Assembly (NCBI GenBank): GCA_964617195.1
Contig: CAZTVK010000015.1
Coordinates: 2,317 to 66,316 of the forward strand
Source: an uncultured Methanosarcinales archaeon
Lineage (GTDB): Archaea; Nanobdellota; Nanobdellia; Woesearchaeales; ARS49
Length of the DNA: 64,000 nt
Direction of reading: 5' to 3'
Shown: positions 1-10,144 of the stretch, one piece after another
How positions within the stretch are numbered: the stretch's first letter is position 1
How the letters are laid out: every line of letters begins with the position of its first letter
The notes under the pieces: generated by a model
What the model was told of the DNA's origin: nothing
Databases searched by the model: none
What the model saw: only the letters and a program-made list of their open reading frames with translations
Translations under genes and position numbers: made by a program

Positions 1-208
1 AGATTATGAAAGCGCGCGAAGATACTTCAAAGCGGCCATCCCTCATTTCGCAGAAGAAACCGTGCGTGACTACAGAAACGCATTCAAAATATTACTTATT
101 GATGCTGCTGAAAAAGGAGCAGACAACAACACTATTCTTGAATACTCAAAAACAGTCTACGCAGTCTGCAGCGTAAAAGGAAAAGAACCTGAAAAAAATC
201 AGAATTAA
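1..208 (+). CDS. Hypothetical protein, C-terminal part (5' end outside window)
   Basis: Frame 2 is open from the window edge (DYESARRYFK...PEKNQN) to TAA at 206-208, which overlaps the rps7 stop in a shared TTAA. Not in the ORF track. Confidence 0.55.
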   Translation, partial: DYESARRYFKAAIPHFAEETVRDYRNAFKILLIDAAEKGADNNTILEYSKTVYAVCSVKGKEPEKNQN

Positions 209-801
209 CGTGAACTATCTGCCTGTCTCTCAATCTCGCCCTTCTTCGCAATCGCCAAAGACTTAACATCGAGCTTGAAAGCAGAAATAAGCTCATCAGC
301 CAAAGCGTCCTCAACAGAAGTCTTCTTGTTGAAACACCTTTCATAAGTGCCCTGCACGAAATACCTCAAAGCAACATCAACACGCCTTTGAGGAGCGCAA
401 TCAGTCGCCTTAGGATAACGCGCGCCACCATACTCAATCGTGACAATCTCCTCACGAGGAGCAGCATTCTCCAAAGCCTTGACGAAAACAGCAATCGGAT
501 TCTGCTTAATCCTTTCCTCTATAATCTTGAAAGCGTTAAACACAGTCTGGTACGCCAAAGAGCTCTTTCCGCAATTATGACCAGAACTCCTCAAATGCTT
601 CTTACCCTTGTGCCCAGGAATCATGATCTTGTTAATCAAACGCTCAACAATAAAAGTCCTGGACTTATGAAACTTCTTGCCAGCATATCTAGCACCAGTC
701 TTTGGAACAAAACGCGACTCAAGATTAACATACCTAATCAAACCAGCATCCAAAACCTTGATGCCCTCAACACTCCACTTGTTAAACGCCAAAACACTCA
801 T
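205..801 (-). CDS. rps7: 30S ribosomal protein uS7 (archaeal type)
   Basis: IVERLINK, ENAAPREE, PQRRVDVALR motifs; follows rps12. Confidence 0.97.
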   Translation of the reverse strand: MSVLAFNKWSVEGIKVLDAGLIRYVNLESRFVPKTGARYAGKKFHKSRTFIVERLINKIMIPGHKGKKHLRSSGHNCGKSSLAYQTVFNAFKIIEERIKQNPIAVFVKALENAAPREEIVTIEYGGARYPKATDCAPQRRVDVALRYFVQGTYERCFNKKTSVEDALADELISAFKLDVKSLAIAKKGEIERQADSSR

Positions 802-802
802 T

Positions 803-1240
803 TTACTTTCTCGCCTTCTCTATTTTGCCCCTCAAAAGGGCATCCAAACTCTGATCATTAACCTTAATAACCTGCCATCTGATACCAGGAATGTCTCCCT
901 TAGACTTTCCCTGACAACCGCCAATCCTTTCAATAATGACTTCATCGTGCTCATCAATCATCTTCTGAGCGCCATCCTTCGGCATGAAAACTCCAACCTG
1001 ACGGCCATTCTTAACCAATTGAACACGGCAGCACTTTCTCATCGCAGAGTTAGGCTGCTTAGCCTCAACCTGGAACTTCTCAATAACGATTCCTCTTGCC
1101 TGAGACGCGCCTTCCAACGGATCCGCCTTTCTGGCAAGATTCAAAGTCTTGCGAATATAATTAGCATCATGCCATTTACCAAAATGACGCCTTCGCTTCA
1201 AGGCCTTTCCAACATTCAATCCATTTGACTTGTTTGCCAT
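803..1240 (-). CDS. rps12: 30S ribosomal protein uS12 (archaeal type)
   Basis: [12 protein letters not shown] and GDIPGIRW motifs. Confidence 0.98.
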   Translation of the reverse strand: MANKSNGLNVGKALKRRRHFGKWHDANYIRKTLNLARKADPLEGASQARGIVIEKFQVEAKQPNSAMRKCCRVQLVKNGRQVGVFMPKDGAQKMIDEHDEVIIERIGGCQGKSKGDIPGIRWQVIKVNDQSLDALLRGKIEKARK

Positions 1241-1241
1241 C

Positions 1242-1655
1242 TTAAATCACTCTTAATTCCTTAATCGGAAAATATCTCTGAACGATAGCTTCAAATAAAC
1301 GCAAATTTGAAGCCCCACGACCTATCAGCAAACCACGGGTTTTTAAATCTTTCGCAGACAAAAAGACAGTGGAATCCTCCATTTTAACCTCTTTCAACTC
1401 CAATGGAGCCACGACATTCTTCACGAACTGCATCACATCAGTATGATATTCAACGATCTTAACACGCTTCTTCAGCTTATTCTCAATGTTTCGCACATGC
1501 TGGCCTCCCCTACCGATAGCCTTGGCGCTCTCGCCCTCATGCACTATGAAAATAACTTGTTCATCACTAGGCACGCAGTCCTTAACATGAGCGCCAGTCA
1601 ACTGCTCGAATAAAGCAATAGTCTGCATTGCCTGCATGTCAAGAACTATCTTCAT
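1242..1655 (-). CDS. nusA: Archaeal NusA (KH-domain transcription factor)
   Basis: KH motifs AIGRGG and LIGRGASN. Start moved to 1655 (MKIVLDMQ), giving an ATGA overlap with rpl30e. Canonical position in the operon. Confidence 0.93.
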   Translation of the reverse strand: MKIVLDMQAMQTIALFEQLTGAHVKDCVPSDEQVIFIVHEGESAKAIGRGGQHVRNIENKLKKRVKIVEYHTDVMQFVKNVVAPLELKEVKMEDSTVFLSAKDLKTRGLLIGRGASNLRLFEAIVQRYFPIKELRVI

Positions 1656-1930
1656 GCCAATACGCCAACTACAGAAATAGCAAAAGGCTTCTTGCACAAA
1701 ACGCCGATCTCCTCGCTCGTCTGGTTGAGTTCGACAACATCAATTCCTGCAATACCGCACGCCCTCTCAAGATCGCTTTTCATCTGCGGACTGCAATTTG
1801 TAGAAATGAACACTCTGACAAGCTTGCCCTGACGCAACAATTTCACAGTAACAGTTGAACCTAAAACTAGCTTGCTCGCACTCATCAACTTTTTGACTTC
1901 AGAAACACCCTCAACAACAGCTTTAACCAT
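1652..1930 (-). CDS. rpl30e: 50S ribosomal protein eL30
   Basis: KLVLGS...ISTNC...EIGVLCKKPF; lies between rpoA2 and nusA. Confidence 0.9.
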   Translation of the reverse strand: MVKAVVEGVSEVKKLMSASKLVLGSTVTVKLLRQGKLVRVFISTNCSPQMKSDLERACGIAGIDVVELNQTSEEIGVLCKKPFAISVVGVLA

Positions 1931-1931
1931 A

Positions 1932-3071
1932 TCATTTCTCCTTGACTATCTTCGTAATCAATCCAGGCAGTCCAGTGCCAACTGGCACAGGCTGGTTCAA
2001 CATCACGTTCTCAACAACACTGTTCAACTGATCAACCTCTCCCTTCAAAGCAGCATTCACAATGTGCTTGATAGGAGTTTCGAAAGAAGCCCTTGCCAAA
2101 ACAGAAGCCTTCTCGCTGACAACACCATAACGGGTAATACCCTTGATCTCTCCGCTGGCAGTCATCGTGTCAGCAACCAGCATGATATGACGGATGTCAA
2201 CGTTCAAACCCTGCGTCTCGATAACCTTGAACACTTCATCCATGATTGCCTGCCTTGCAGCCTCAACGCCCAAAACTTCCGCAACCTCATGAATATCATT
2301 AGTGGTAGTTCTTTGCGTATCAACAAAATCAAGCTCGAAAAGCTTCTTCAGATTGCTCCCGGCAGTAATAATGATGAACTCATCCTTTCTCTTAACAGGA
2401 AGTATCTGAGTAACACCCTTAATGCCCTTAACATAAACTTCCTTTGCTTTTTCCTTCAAACGATACAACGCATTAAGGCCTTTCTCCTCATCCTTGCCCT
2501 TAACCTTCAGCGTTACAATACCATCAGCATACTTCACATTGGCCTCTGTAGACAATCCCTTCTCAACAGCCTTCACCAATGATTGCGGAGAAATATCAAA
2601 CTCCTTCATCTTCTCAGAATTCAGCTTGACATCAATCTTCAAATCAACAATGTTCATACCATACTCGGAAACAACCTCATCAAACTTGGTCTCCTTAATC
2701 TGCAAAGCAATCTCACGAATGTCCTTTCCCTTGTTAAACGGAGCCTTCAAGAAAATTTCCATGAAAGGAGTCGCGATCGATTTCCTTCCGTCAAGAATCT
2801 CAATAATACGCGGCAAACCCATTGTGACGTTCATCTCTGCGACACCAGCAAAGTGGAAAGTGTTCAAAGTCATCTGAGTGCCCGGCTCGCCGATACTTTC
2901 AGCTCCGACCAAACCAACAGCTTCACCGGCATCAATCTTGGCAGCCTCGTACTCTTCAAGCACACGCTTTGCCACCTTCTTAATCTTGCCCGCAGGACAA
3001 TTTTCCTCAATCTCCTTCAGCATGCTCGGAGGCAGCTTGTCCTCAAAATCCTTAAGATCTGCATGTACCAT
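1932..3071 (-). CDS. rpoA2: RNA polymerase subunit A'' (Rpo1C)
   Basis: SIGEPGTQMTLNTFHFAG, GLPRIIEI, ARASFET motifs. Confidence 0.98.
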   Translation of the reverse strand: MVHADLKDFEDKLPPSMLKEIEENCPAGKIKKVAKRVLEEYEAAKIDAGEAVGLVGAESIGEPGTQMTLNTFHFAGVAEMNVTMGLPRIIEILDGRKSIATPFMEIFLKAPFNKGKDIREIALQIKETKFDEVVSEYGMNIVDLKIDVKLNSEKMKEFDISPQSLVKAVEKGLSTEANVKYADGIVTLKVKGKDEEKGLNALYRLKEKAKEVYVKGIKGVTQILPVKRKDEFIIITAGSNLKKLFELDFVDTQRTTTNDIHEVAEVLGVEAARQAIMDEVFKVIETQGLNVDIRHIMLVADTMTASGEIKGITRYGVVSEKASVLARASFETPIKHIVNAALKGEVDQLNSVVENVMLNQPVPVGTGLPGLITKIVKEK

Positions 3072-3075
3072 TTTT

Positions 3076-5805
3076 TTACTCCGTCGTATTAATTATTTTT
3101 TTAACATCAATCTTTCCGCTCTCAGACCTGGCGACATCAATTCCATCTTCACCGTATTTGAACTGAATAATTCTGCCAGACGCGTCACGGACAGTTCCGT
3201 CATACTCAACACGCAAGTCCTGCATAGCGTTCGCCAAACGTCTGTACAAATAACCTGACTTAGGCGTACGCAAAGCAGTGTCCATCAAAGCATCCCTTCC
3301 AGTTATAGCGTGGAAGAAAAACTCCTTAGGATTAATGCCGTGCTTGAAACCGTGAATGATGAAACCGTGAGATTCAGGACTCAAGTCTCCGCGCTTGAAA
3401 CAACTCAAAGTCCTGTTACGATAACCCTTCTCGATACGCTTACCACGCATAGCTTGCTGGCCAACACAAGCGCTCATCTGAATCAAAGAAGTGATGCTAC
3501 CTCTAGCACCAGACAAAATCATTACAGCAGCATGGTTTTTGTCCTCGACAAAACCCTTGATGATCTGACCGCACGCGTTACGCGCCTTGTTCAAACGCTC
3601 CAAAATCTTAAGCTCAAGAGTCTCACTCGCAGTCCTGCCAGGATACACTTCAAGAGTGCCGCCTTGGAAAGACTTAATCATCTGAGAAACATCCTCTTCT
3701 GCCTGGTGAAGCAATTGGTCGATCTGGTCACGGGCTTCCTGAGGCAAGTCCTCGTCAGCAATACCAGTGCTGAATCCATGAATGAACAAGTACTCAATAC
3801 CCATTTTCAAAATGTGGTGCAAAATTTTGATAGTCTTCGCAGGCCCATACTGCTTGTGCAGGCTTCTCAAAAGAAGACCCTCGCCTTCTCCGCCGATCGC
3901 CTTGGTATCAATAATTCCCTCAATAAGCTGACCCTTCTTTATGATAACCGGCTCTCCAGAACGGGAAACGCCAACATAATCAAAATCATCAGGCAGCAAA
4001 GCACTGAACACTTCCCTGCCAGTCACTTTCTTCTTTGACGCGAGCCCTGCGAAACCAGACGCACCAATGCTCGCAAGCATCGAAGTCGCCTGCTCAGGAG
4101 TCAAATCTCCACGCTTCGTCAAAAGATAATTGCCACTGATCGCGTCCTGAATGCAACCAATGACTGAAAGACCATATCTTGGCGAAATCAGTTGCGTCTG
4201 AACCTGCATCAAAATCTCAGCTTCAGCCCTTGATTCCTCAGTCTGAGGAATATGCAAGTTCATCTCGTCACCGTCAAAGTCAGCGTTATAAGGGTTACAA
4301 ACAGCAGGGTTCAATCTCAAAGTCCTGCCAGGCAAAACTCTCACACGGTGGCACATCATGCTCATCCTGTGAAGCGAAGGCTGACGGTTGAAAATCGCAA
4401 TGTCGCCGTCAAGCAAATGACGCTCAACAACATAACCAGGCTGCAATTCTTCCAAAGCAGCTTCCTTAGTTTCCTCAGTAATCTTCTTCTTTTTGCCATC
4501 AGGCCTTACAACATAATTAGAACCAGGATAAACACCAGGACCATTCTGCACGAACTTCTTCAAATACACCATGTTCCAATCATTAACAGTCTCAGGAACA
4601 GTCAATTTCATAGCAATAATCTTCGGAACACCAACCTCATCCAATGCAAGCATCGGGTCAGGCGAGATAACAGTTCTAGCGCAGAAGTTCGTACGCTTAC
4701 CAGCAAGATTATGCCTGATACGACCTTCCTTACTCTTGATTCTCTCAGTGATCGTCTTCAAAGGCTGACCAGACCTGTGCCTTGCAGGCGGCAATTGCGC
4801 AATGCTGTTGTCAAAGAACGTGGTCACGTGATACTGCAACAAGTCCCACAAGTCCTCAATGATTATTTCAGGAGCACCAGCATTGATGTTCTCAAACAAT
4901 CTCTGGTTAATCCTGACAATATCGCCAAGCTTGTGCGTCAAATCATCCTCAGAACGCTCACCACTCTCGAGAGTGATGGACGGCCTGACAGTAACAGGAG
5001 GAATAGGCAAGACTGTCAAAATCATCCACTCAGGCCTTGCAGCCTTAGGATTCAAGCCGAATAACTCAGTGTCCTCATCAGGAATCTTCTCAAGGCGCGC
5101 GCGAATCTCTATCGGAGAAATACGCTTGTCACCCTCAAGGAAAGTAGTGGGTTTTTCAATCGAAATCTTTGCCTGTTTAGCCTTGCAATGCGGACACTTG
5201 CCGCCAGTCTTGGAACTGTCAATCAAAGCCTTGACTGCCAAACGTCGCGCTTCAGGACCTTCCTCGAACTCAATCTTGTCCAAATGCGCTTTAGCCTTAG
5301 CCAGCTTGTCCGGATGAACCATCAAACGAGAGCATTCCTTGCACGCTGTTCTCAACAACAACTGGATTATTCTGGCAAACTTAACGTGAATGACAGGTCT
5401 TGCAAGTTCAATATAACCAAAGTGACCGATGCATTCCTTCAATTTGCTACCGCAAGTCTTGCATCTCAAACCAGGATCGATGACTCCAAGACGGACATCC
5501 ATCAATCCGCCATCAACAGGATAACCTTCCTTATCATACAATTCAGGCGTCACAATCTTTGCGGACGCCATCTTCTTAATCATCTTAGGAGAAAGAACAC
5601 CGAACACAACGCTAGAAACTTGTTTGTAAACGTAATGAGCCATCCCTTCCATGCGCTCCCTTGAAAACTGCTCCCGCTCAATCTTCTCTTCCTTCGGAGC
5701 TTCAACTGGAGTTTCAACTGCTTTTTCAGCTACAATTTCTGCTTTCACTTCTTCAGCCGCAGGGGCTTCAGTTGTTACTGCTTCTTCCTTTTTCTTGCGT
5801 GGCAT
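3076..5805 (-). CDS. rpoA1: RNA polymerase subunit A' (Rpo1N)
   Basis: Catalytic YNADFDGDEMN, NRQPSLH, Zn-binding CxxC and GHFG; GAGG Shine-Dalgarno (SD) 5 nt before the ATG. Confidence 0.98.
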   Translation of the reverse strand: MPRKKKEEAVTTEAPAAEEVKAEIVAEKAVETPVEAPKEEKIEREQFSRERMEGMAHYVYKQVSSVVFGVLSPKMIKKMASAKIVTPELYDKEGYPVDGGLMDVRLGVIDPGLRCKTCGSKLKECIGHFGYIELARPVIHVKFARIIQLLLRTACKECSRLMVHPDKLAKAKAHLDKIEFEEGPEARRLAVKALIDSSKTGGKCPHCKAKQAKISIEKPTTFLEGDKRISPIEIRARLEKIPDEDTELFGLNPKAARPEWMILTVLPIPPVTVRPSITLESGERSEDDLTHKLGDIVRINQRLFENINAGAPEIIIEDLWDLLQYHVTTFFDNSIAQLPPARHRSGQPLKTITERIKSKEGRIRHNLAGKRTNFCARTVISPDPMLALDEVGVPKIIAMKLTVPETVNDWNMVYLKKFVQNGPGVYPGSNYVVRPDGKKKKITEETKEAALEELQPGYVVERHLLDGDIAIFNRQPSLHRMSMMCHRVRVLPGRTLRLNPAVCNPYNADFDGDEMNLHIPQTEESRAEAEILMQVQTQLISPRYGLSVIGCIQDAISGNYLLTKRGDLTPEQATSMLASIGASGFAGLASKKKVTGREVFSALLPDDFDYVGVSRSGEPVIIKKGQLIEGIIDTKAIGGEGEGLLLRSLHKQYGPAKTIKILHHILKMGIEYLFIHGFSTGIADEDLPQEARDQIDQLLHQAEEDVSQMIKSFQGGTLEVYPGRTASETLELKILERLNKARNACGQIIKGFVEDKNHAAVMILSGARGSITSLIQMSACVGQQAMRGKRIEKGYRNRTLSCFKRGDLSPESHGFIIHGFKHGINPKEFFFHAITGRDALMDTALRTPKSGYLYRRLANAMQDLRVEYDGTVRDASGRIIQFKYGEDGIDVARSESGKIDVKKIINTTE

Positions 5806-5812
5806 TTTTTCC

Positions 5813-7615
5813 TCAATATTTATTTTTCAATACAAGCTTTGGATAAATACCCAAGCTCTTAAATTCATCCAAAATCAACTTGAACGCGTATGAAATCTCG
5901 ATATCACTAATCTCGACATTATCACCGCAAATAGGACAATACCTCTTGTCCTTGAACTGGTCGAAAATGGCAATAATGCCGCAACTCTCACAGATCGGCA
6001 CGACAGTCTTGTCAGAATCAAAACGCTCCTTCAACAACATGCTCGCACCATGGGCTACAAAAGTATCCTTCTCCATTTCTCCCAATCTCAAACCGCCTTC
6101 CTTCGCACGACCCTCTGTAGGCTGTCTTGTAAGAAGCTGGATAGGACCACGCGCACGCGAGTGAATCTTGTTCGCAACCATGTGCTTCAATTTCAAATAA
6201 TACATATTACCCATGTAAATCTTGGCCTCGAAAATCTCGCCAGTCACACCATTATACATAGTCTCAGAGCCATTTTCCTTAAAGCCCATGCTGACCAATT
6301 CTTTTCTAATTTCCTGCTCAGGCTCGCCGCTGAAAGTCGTGCCATCAATGAGTCTTCCAGACAATGCACCAGTCTTGCCGCCAATAAGCTCTATCAAATG
6401 CGAAATAGTCATACGCGAAGGAATACCGTGAGGAGAGAAGATGAGATCAGGCTTGATACCTGAAGCGCTGAACGGCACATCTGCCTCAGGAACGATCAAT
6501 CCAACAACTCCCTTCTGACCGTGACGCGAAACGAACTTGTCCCCAATCTCAGGAACTCTTGAATCACGAAGTCTGACCTGCACTAACTTGTTACCTTCCT
6601 CATTCTCAGTCAAACAGACAAAATCAACAACGCCCTCTTCACCATGGCGAAGCGAGACTGAAGATTCTCTCCTTATGTTTGACGCAAGACTATACTCTTC
6701 AAGGTTAGACAAGAATCTTGGAGGAGAAGTCTTTCCGATAATGACGTCTTCCTCCTTAACCTTCGCTTCAGGATAAACAATACCGTCGCCTTCCAAGAAC
6801 CTGTAATCACGCTCTGACTTGTAACCCTTGACATCCTTGTCAGGAATGCCGACAGAATCCATCAAACCGCCAGAATACCTCAACTCTTCACTGATGGCCG
6901 GCCTGAAATACGTGCTTCTTCCAAATCCTCGCTCAATAGACCCCTTGTTGATAATGACTGCGTCTTCCATGTTATAACCCTTATAGCTCATAATTGCGAC
7001 AACAATGTTTTGACCACAAGGGTGCGCGTTGTATTCAGACAACTCGTGCATCATCGTATGAACCAAAGGAGCCTGCGGATAGTGCAATAAGTTAACGTCC
7101 ATATCCATACGAACAGGATAATTTGTAGCGTACAAACCAATAGACTGCTTCAAGTTCCTGCTTCCAATGATCAAACGAGCAGACTGAATGTAATCACCAT
7201 ATGGAATCAAGCCGGTAACAATACCCAGCATGCACAATGGAGAAATCTCCAAATGAGTGTGCTCAGGAGTCAGATCCTGGTCTGAGAAAGCAATAAGAGA
7301 ATTCTCCTCCTCTGCAGCATCCAAAAACTCGATGACGCCCTGGTCAACCAAGTCAGACCAAGTGGTTTCGCCTTTTTGCAATTGCTTGACGTGCTTGTCA
7401 GTCAAAACAGGCATGCCGCCATTAACCACTATCAATGGTCTTCGGCATCTTCCTCTTGAACTTTCAACAAAAACGTGGTCAATCATCTCGTCAAAATAAA
7501 CGTTCACATTAGTAGAAAGCGCTCCAGAACGCCTGTCCTGCTTCAAACGCTGAACAAACTCATGAGCATTCTCAATATCACCCGCAAACTTGCCGTTCAG
7601 GTAAACTTCACTCAT
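5813..7615 (-). CDS. rpoB1: RNA polymerase subunit B' (Rpo2C)
   Basis: GYNMEDA, GDKFVSRHGQKG, RQPTEGRAKEGGLRLGEME motifs. Confidence 0.98.
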   Translation of the reverse strand: MSEVYLNGKFAGDIENAHEFVQRLKQDRRSGALSTNVNVYFDEMIDHVFVESSRGRCRRPLIVVNGGMPVLTDKHVKQLQKGETTWSDLVDQGVIEFLDAAEEENSLIAFSDQDLTPEHTHLEISPLCMLGIVTGLIPYGDYIQSARLIIGSRNLKQSIGLYATNYPVRMDMDVNLLHYPQAPLVHTMMHELSEYNAHPCGQNIVVAIMSYKGYNMEDAVIINKGSIERGFGRSTYFRPAISEELRYSGGLMDSVGIPDKDVKGYKSERDYRFLEGDGIVYPEAKVKEEDVIIGKTSPPRFLSNLEEYSLASNIRRESSVSLRHGEEGVVDFVCLTENEEGNKLVQVRLRDSRVPEIGDKFVSRHGQKGVVGLIVPEADVPFSASGIKPDLIFSPHGIPSRMTISHLIELIGGKTGALSGRLIDGTTFSGEPEQEIRKELVSMGFKENGSETMYNGVTGEIFEAKIYMGNMYYLKLKHMVANKIHSRARGPIQLLTRQPTEGRAKEGGLRLGEMEKDTFVAHGASMLLKERFDSDKTVVPICESCGIIAIFDQFKDKRYCPICGDNVEISDIEISYAFKLILDEFKSLGIYPKLVLKNKY

Positions 7616-9099
7616 TTTATAACCGCCTTCAAGCCAGCGGCTTTCAACTGCTTAAGCACATCCTCTTCAGGAACGTCCTTGCTAACTGTCGCGAGCATAC
7701 TGAAATTCTTTCTCAAACCAATATTAGTACCTTCAGGAGTCTCTGAAGGGCACAATCTTCCCAAATGAGTAGCGTGCAATTCTCTAGCCTCAAAATTCTC
7801 CTGAGAAGAGCTCAAAGGCGAGACAACTCTCTGCAAGTGCGACAAAGTATTCAAGAAATTCAATCTCTGGATTCTCTGAGAAACACCCTTCCTGCCGCCA
7901 ACCCAGTTGCCGGTCGCCATCGCGCTGTAAATCCTCGACGTCAAAAGCTTGTCCCTGATTATAACCTTGATGCTTGGGAACTTTCCTCTTTTCACAATAC
8001 GCTGGAAATTGTACAACAAGTCGCCAATCAAAACTTTCAAATTCATCCTGAACAAATCTGCCAGCAAATCCCCTGACATCTTGATGCGCTTGTTCATATA
8101 ATGGTCCTTATCATCCAACGGAACCTCTCCGCGCGCAGCTAAAATATATTTCTTCAACATCTTGCACAAATTGTAAGCCTTCATCATACGGTCTTCCTTA
8201 TCTGAACCAATGTGAGGCAGCAAATACTTGTCAATCAGCTCAATCATCCTTTCAAGCCTTATCTCCCTTGTCTGCGTGATTCCGATCACTTTCGCAATCC
8301 TATCCATAGCCTCATCAGGAGCCTTAACATCAACAAACTCGAACAAATTAATGAGAACCTCATCAAACTGTTTGTCCTTGCTGACAGATTGCAGTATCTC
8401 TTCATCTTTCACAAGACCTAATGCCTTAACCACGAGAATTATAGGAACACGCTTCACTCTTGTGAAACTCAAATAGTAAATACCATCTTTCATTTTTTCA
8501 ACCGTGTGCGGAATCTTATACGAGCCCTGCTCGCTGAACATCTTGCCAATGAATGATGAAACACCGCCAGACTCCTCATTAACCAAGAACCTGTTCGCGC
8601 CCAAGTCCTCAATGTTAACAAGAACACGCTCTGTACCATTTATAATAAAATAACCGCCAGGCTCGAACGGGTCCTCTCCCTTCTCTATCAATTCCTGCTT
8701 TGACAACTTGTTCAAATGACAGTAATTGCTGTGCAGCATTACAGGCAGGCTGCCAATCTGCGTGGTGAAAGACTCTCTTTGCACGTCATTCACGTGCGCT
8801 GAGACTTCAATAAAGATAGGAGCGGCATATGAGAGTTTTCTCAATCTGGCTTCTGCAGGATAAATATTACGCCTGCTACCGTCAGCTTCAGTGATTTCTG
8901 GCTTCGTGACCCAGATCTTATCCAACCTGATCTTGAAACTTTCAACATTCGGAGGAATAATCGTAGGAATAACTTCCTTGTTCTCTTCAACAATCAAGTT
9001 AAGCTCTCGATCAACAAAGAAATTGAAACTCTCAATATTAGACTTGACAAAACTATTCTCCTCAAAGAACTTCTTAATCAAAGTTTTTGCTACAGTCAT
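7612..9099 (-). CDS. rpoB2: RNA polymerase subunit B'' (Rpo2N)
   Basis: GGYFIINGTERV and ARELHATHLGRLCPSETPEG motifs. Confidence 0.97.
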   Translation of the reverse strand: MTVAKTLIKKFFEENSFVKSNIESFNFFVDRELNLIVEENKEVIPTIIPPNVESFKIRLDKIWVTKPEITEADGSRRNIYPAEARLRKLSYAAPIFIEVSAHVNDVQRESFTTQIGSLPVMLHSNYCHLNKLSKQELIEKGEDPFEPGGYFIINGTERVLVNIEDLGANRFLVNEESGGVSSFIGKMFSEQGSYKIPHTVEKMKDGIYYLSFTRVKRVPIILVVKALGLVKDEEILQSVSKDKQFDEVLINLFEFVDVKAPDEAMDRIAKVIGITQTREIRLERMIELIDKYLLPHIGSDKEDRMMKAYNLCKMLKKYILAARGEVPLDDKDHYMNKRIKMSGDLLADLFRMNLKVLIGDLLYNFQRIVKRGKFPSIKVIIRDKLLTSRIYSAMATGNWVGGRKGVSQRIQRLNFLNTLSHLQRVVSPLSSSQENFEARELHATHLGRLCPSETPEGTNIGLRKNFSMLATVSKDVPEEDVLKQLKAAGLKAVIK

Positions 9100-9332
9100 G
9101 CCGCCACCCTTCTATAAAATACTGTCTCGCCCGCGGTAGGGCTCTTGCGCGAAATCTTGACAATGTCCCCTTCCTTGATATCAAGCTCCTGAATCGCAGG
9201 ATCATTCTTGAAAATTCTCGGCAGGTTCAGAAGCTCAATAGAGTATTTTTCGAACAATTCCTTAGTCTCTTTCTCAGAGAGCTTGGAATGCTTCGGTACA
9301 AGTTCGTGCTTTGCAACTTCAAACTTAGTCAT
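9096..9332 (-). CDS. rpoH: RNA polymerase subunit H (Rpo5)
   Basis: HELVPKH, LPRI..NDP, GDIVKISRKSPTAG..YRRV. Start at 9332 (MTKFEV) with a GGAGG SD; the longer ORF call runs into the tRNA. Confidence 0.95.
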   Translation of the reverse strand: MTKFEVAKHELVPKHSKLSEKETKELFEKYSIELLNLPRIFKNDPAIQELDIKEGDIVKISRKSPTAGETVFYRRVAA

Positions 9333-9398
9333 GCGACGCCTCCGCATGACGAGGCACAAAAAATTGCGAATTTTTGTTGTTTTTCCATGGTAGTATAA

Positions 9399-9503
9399 CG
9401 GGCCGTACGGGACGTTCAGTCGCGAACTCGCGCTCGCGAACTTTTGAACCCGCAACCCTCTGGTTAAAAGCCAGATGCTCTAACCAGGTTGAGCTAACGG
9501 CCC
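9399..9503 (-). tRNA. tRNA-Lys(UUU) with a 30-nt intron at T-loop position 59/60 (9413-9442)
   Basis: Cloverleaf: acceptor GGGCCGT/ACGGCCC, anticodon arm TCTGG-CTTTTAA-CCAGA, T stem GCGGG/CCCGT. The insert forms a strict bulge-helix-bulge (BHB: TTCA/TGAA helix, AAA and CGT bulges); splicing restores TTCAAAT. Confidence 0.93.
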
Positions 9504-9717
9504 TTGATCTTCACTTCAACTGATGATAGGTATAACTGGAGACTTTTGTGGATGTGAGAAATTTTGGTGATGGTTAACCCCATTGTGCGCACTACCCTGT
9601 AACAATAGAGGCTTTGGGAAAGGAGGGGGTATATAAAGCTTACTGTTTCTCCCTGATACGGAAGTTACCACAAACCTTTTTAAGTTACATAACATACATG
9701 AACAAAAAGAGGCAGCC

Positions 9718-10140
9718 ATGAACAAAAACGTCCCGTACATCATTTTATTCACAATAATAGCATTAGCTGCACTTGCATTCATGTTCTACTCATCAAACCA
9801 ATACGGAAAAGCCAGCTACATAGGAACAATGATGTTCGAGGGCAGAATCGATGACAGCAATGGAAAACCAATATGGGCAGGCAGCATTGTGGGAGTTGCT
9901 GGCCAACGCCGAGTTGCAACAGGCAGAATCAAAGGCTCATACCGGCTTCACTTCCCAACAACATTTGAAAAAGGCATGGACTGGTATAAAGACAAGCCCT
10001 TATCCATATATGTAAACGGCAAACTTTGCACTACACTCGACCTATATAAGTTCGTACAAGAAAAAGGAGGAGGAGTCATAGCCCAAGCGAATCTCAACCT
10101 CAAATGCGGATTTGCATTAACTAAAGGAAGATACGCATAG
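9718..10140 (+). CDS. Hypothetical protein with N-terminal membrane anchor
   Basis: 140 aa, hydrophobic N-terminus, GAGG SD, TTTTTAAG TATA-like box near 9676. Confidence 0.75.
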   Translation: MNKNVPYIILFTIIALAALAFMFYSSNQYGKASYIGTMMFEGRIDDSNGKPIWAGSIVGVAGQRRVATGRIKGSYRLHFPTTFEKGMDWYKDKPLSIYVNGKLCTTLDLYKFVQEKGGGVIAQANLNLKCGFALTKGRYA

Positions 10141-10144
10141 ATTT

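Noticed and set aside
388..9393. Many long plus-strand ORFs antisense to ribosomal and RNA polymerase genes (e.g. 1872-2582, 3310-4038, 4252-5064)
   Set aside because: Shadow frames of conserved genes caused by codon bias; no motifs or initiation signals.
9333..9455. N-terminal extension of the rpoH ORF call
   Set aside because: Overlaps tRNA-Lys; the SD and homology support a start at 9332.
9516..9782. 88-aa minus-strand ORF and a TGATGA box-C-like word near 9521
   Set aside because: The ORF crosses divergent promoters and the 9718 gene; no matching CTGA box D was found for a C/D sRNA.
9718..10140. Possible fourth YGGA-family member
   Set aside because: Has an N-terminal TM but reads QYGKAS, with no YGGA motif.
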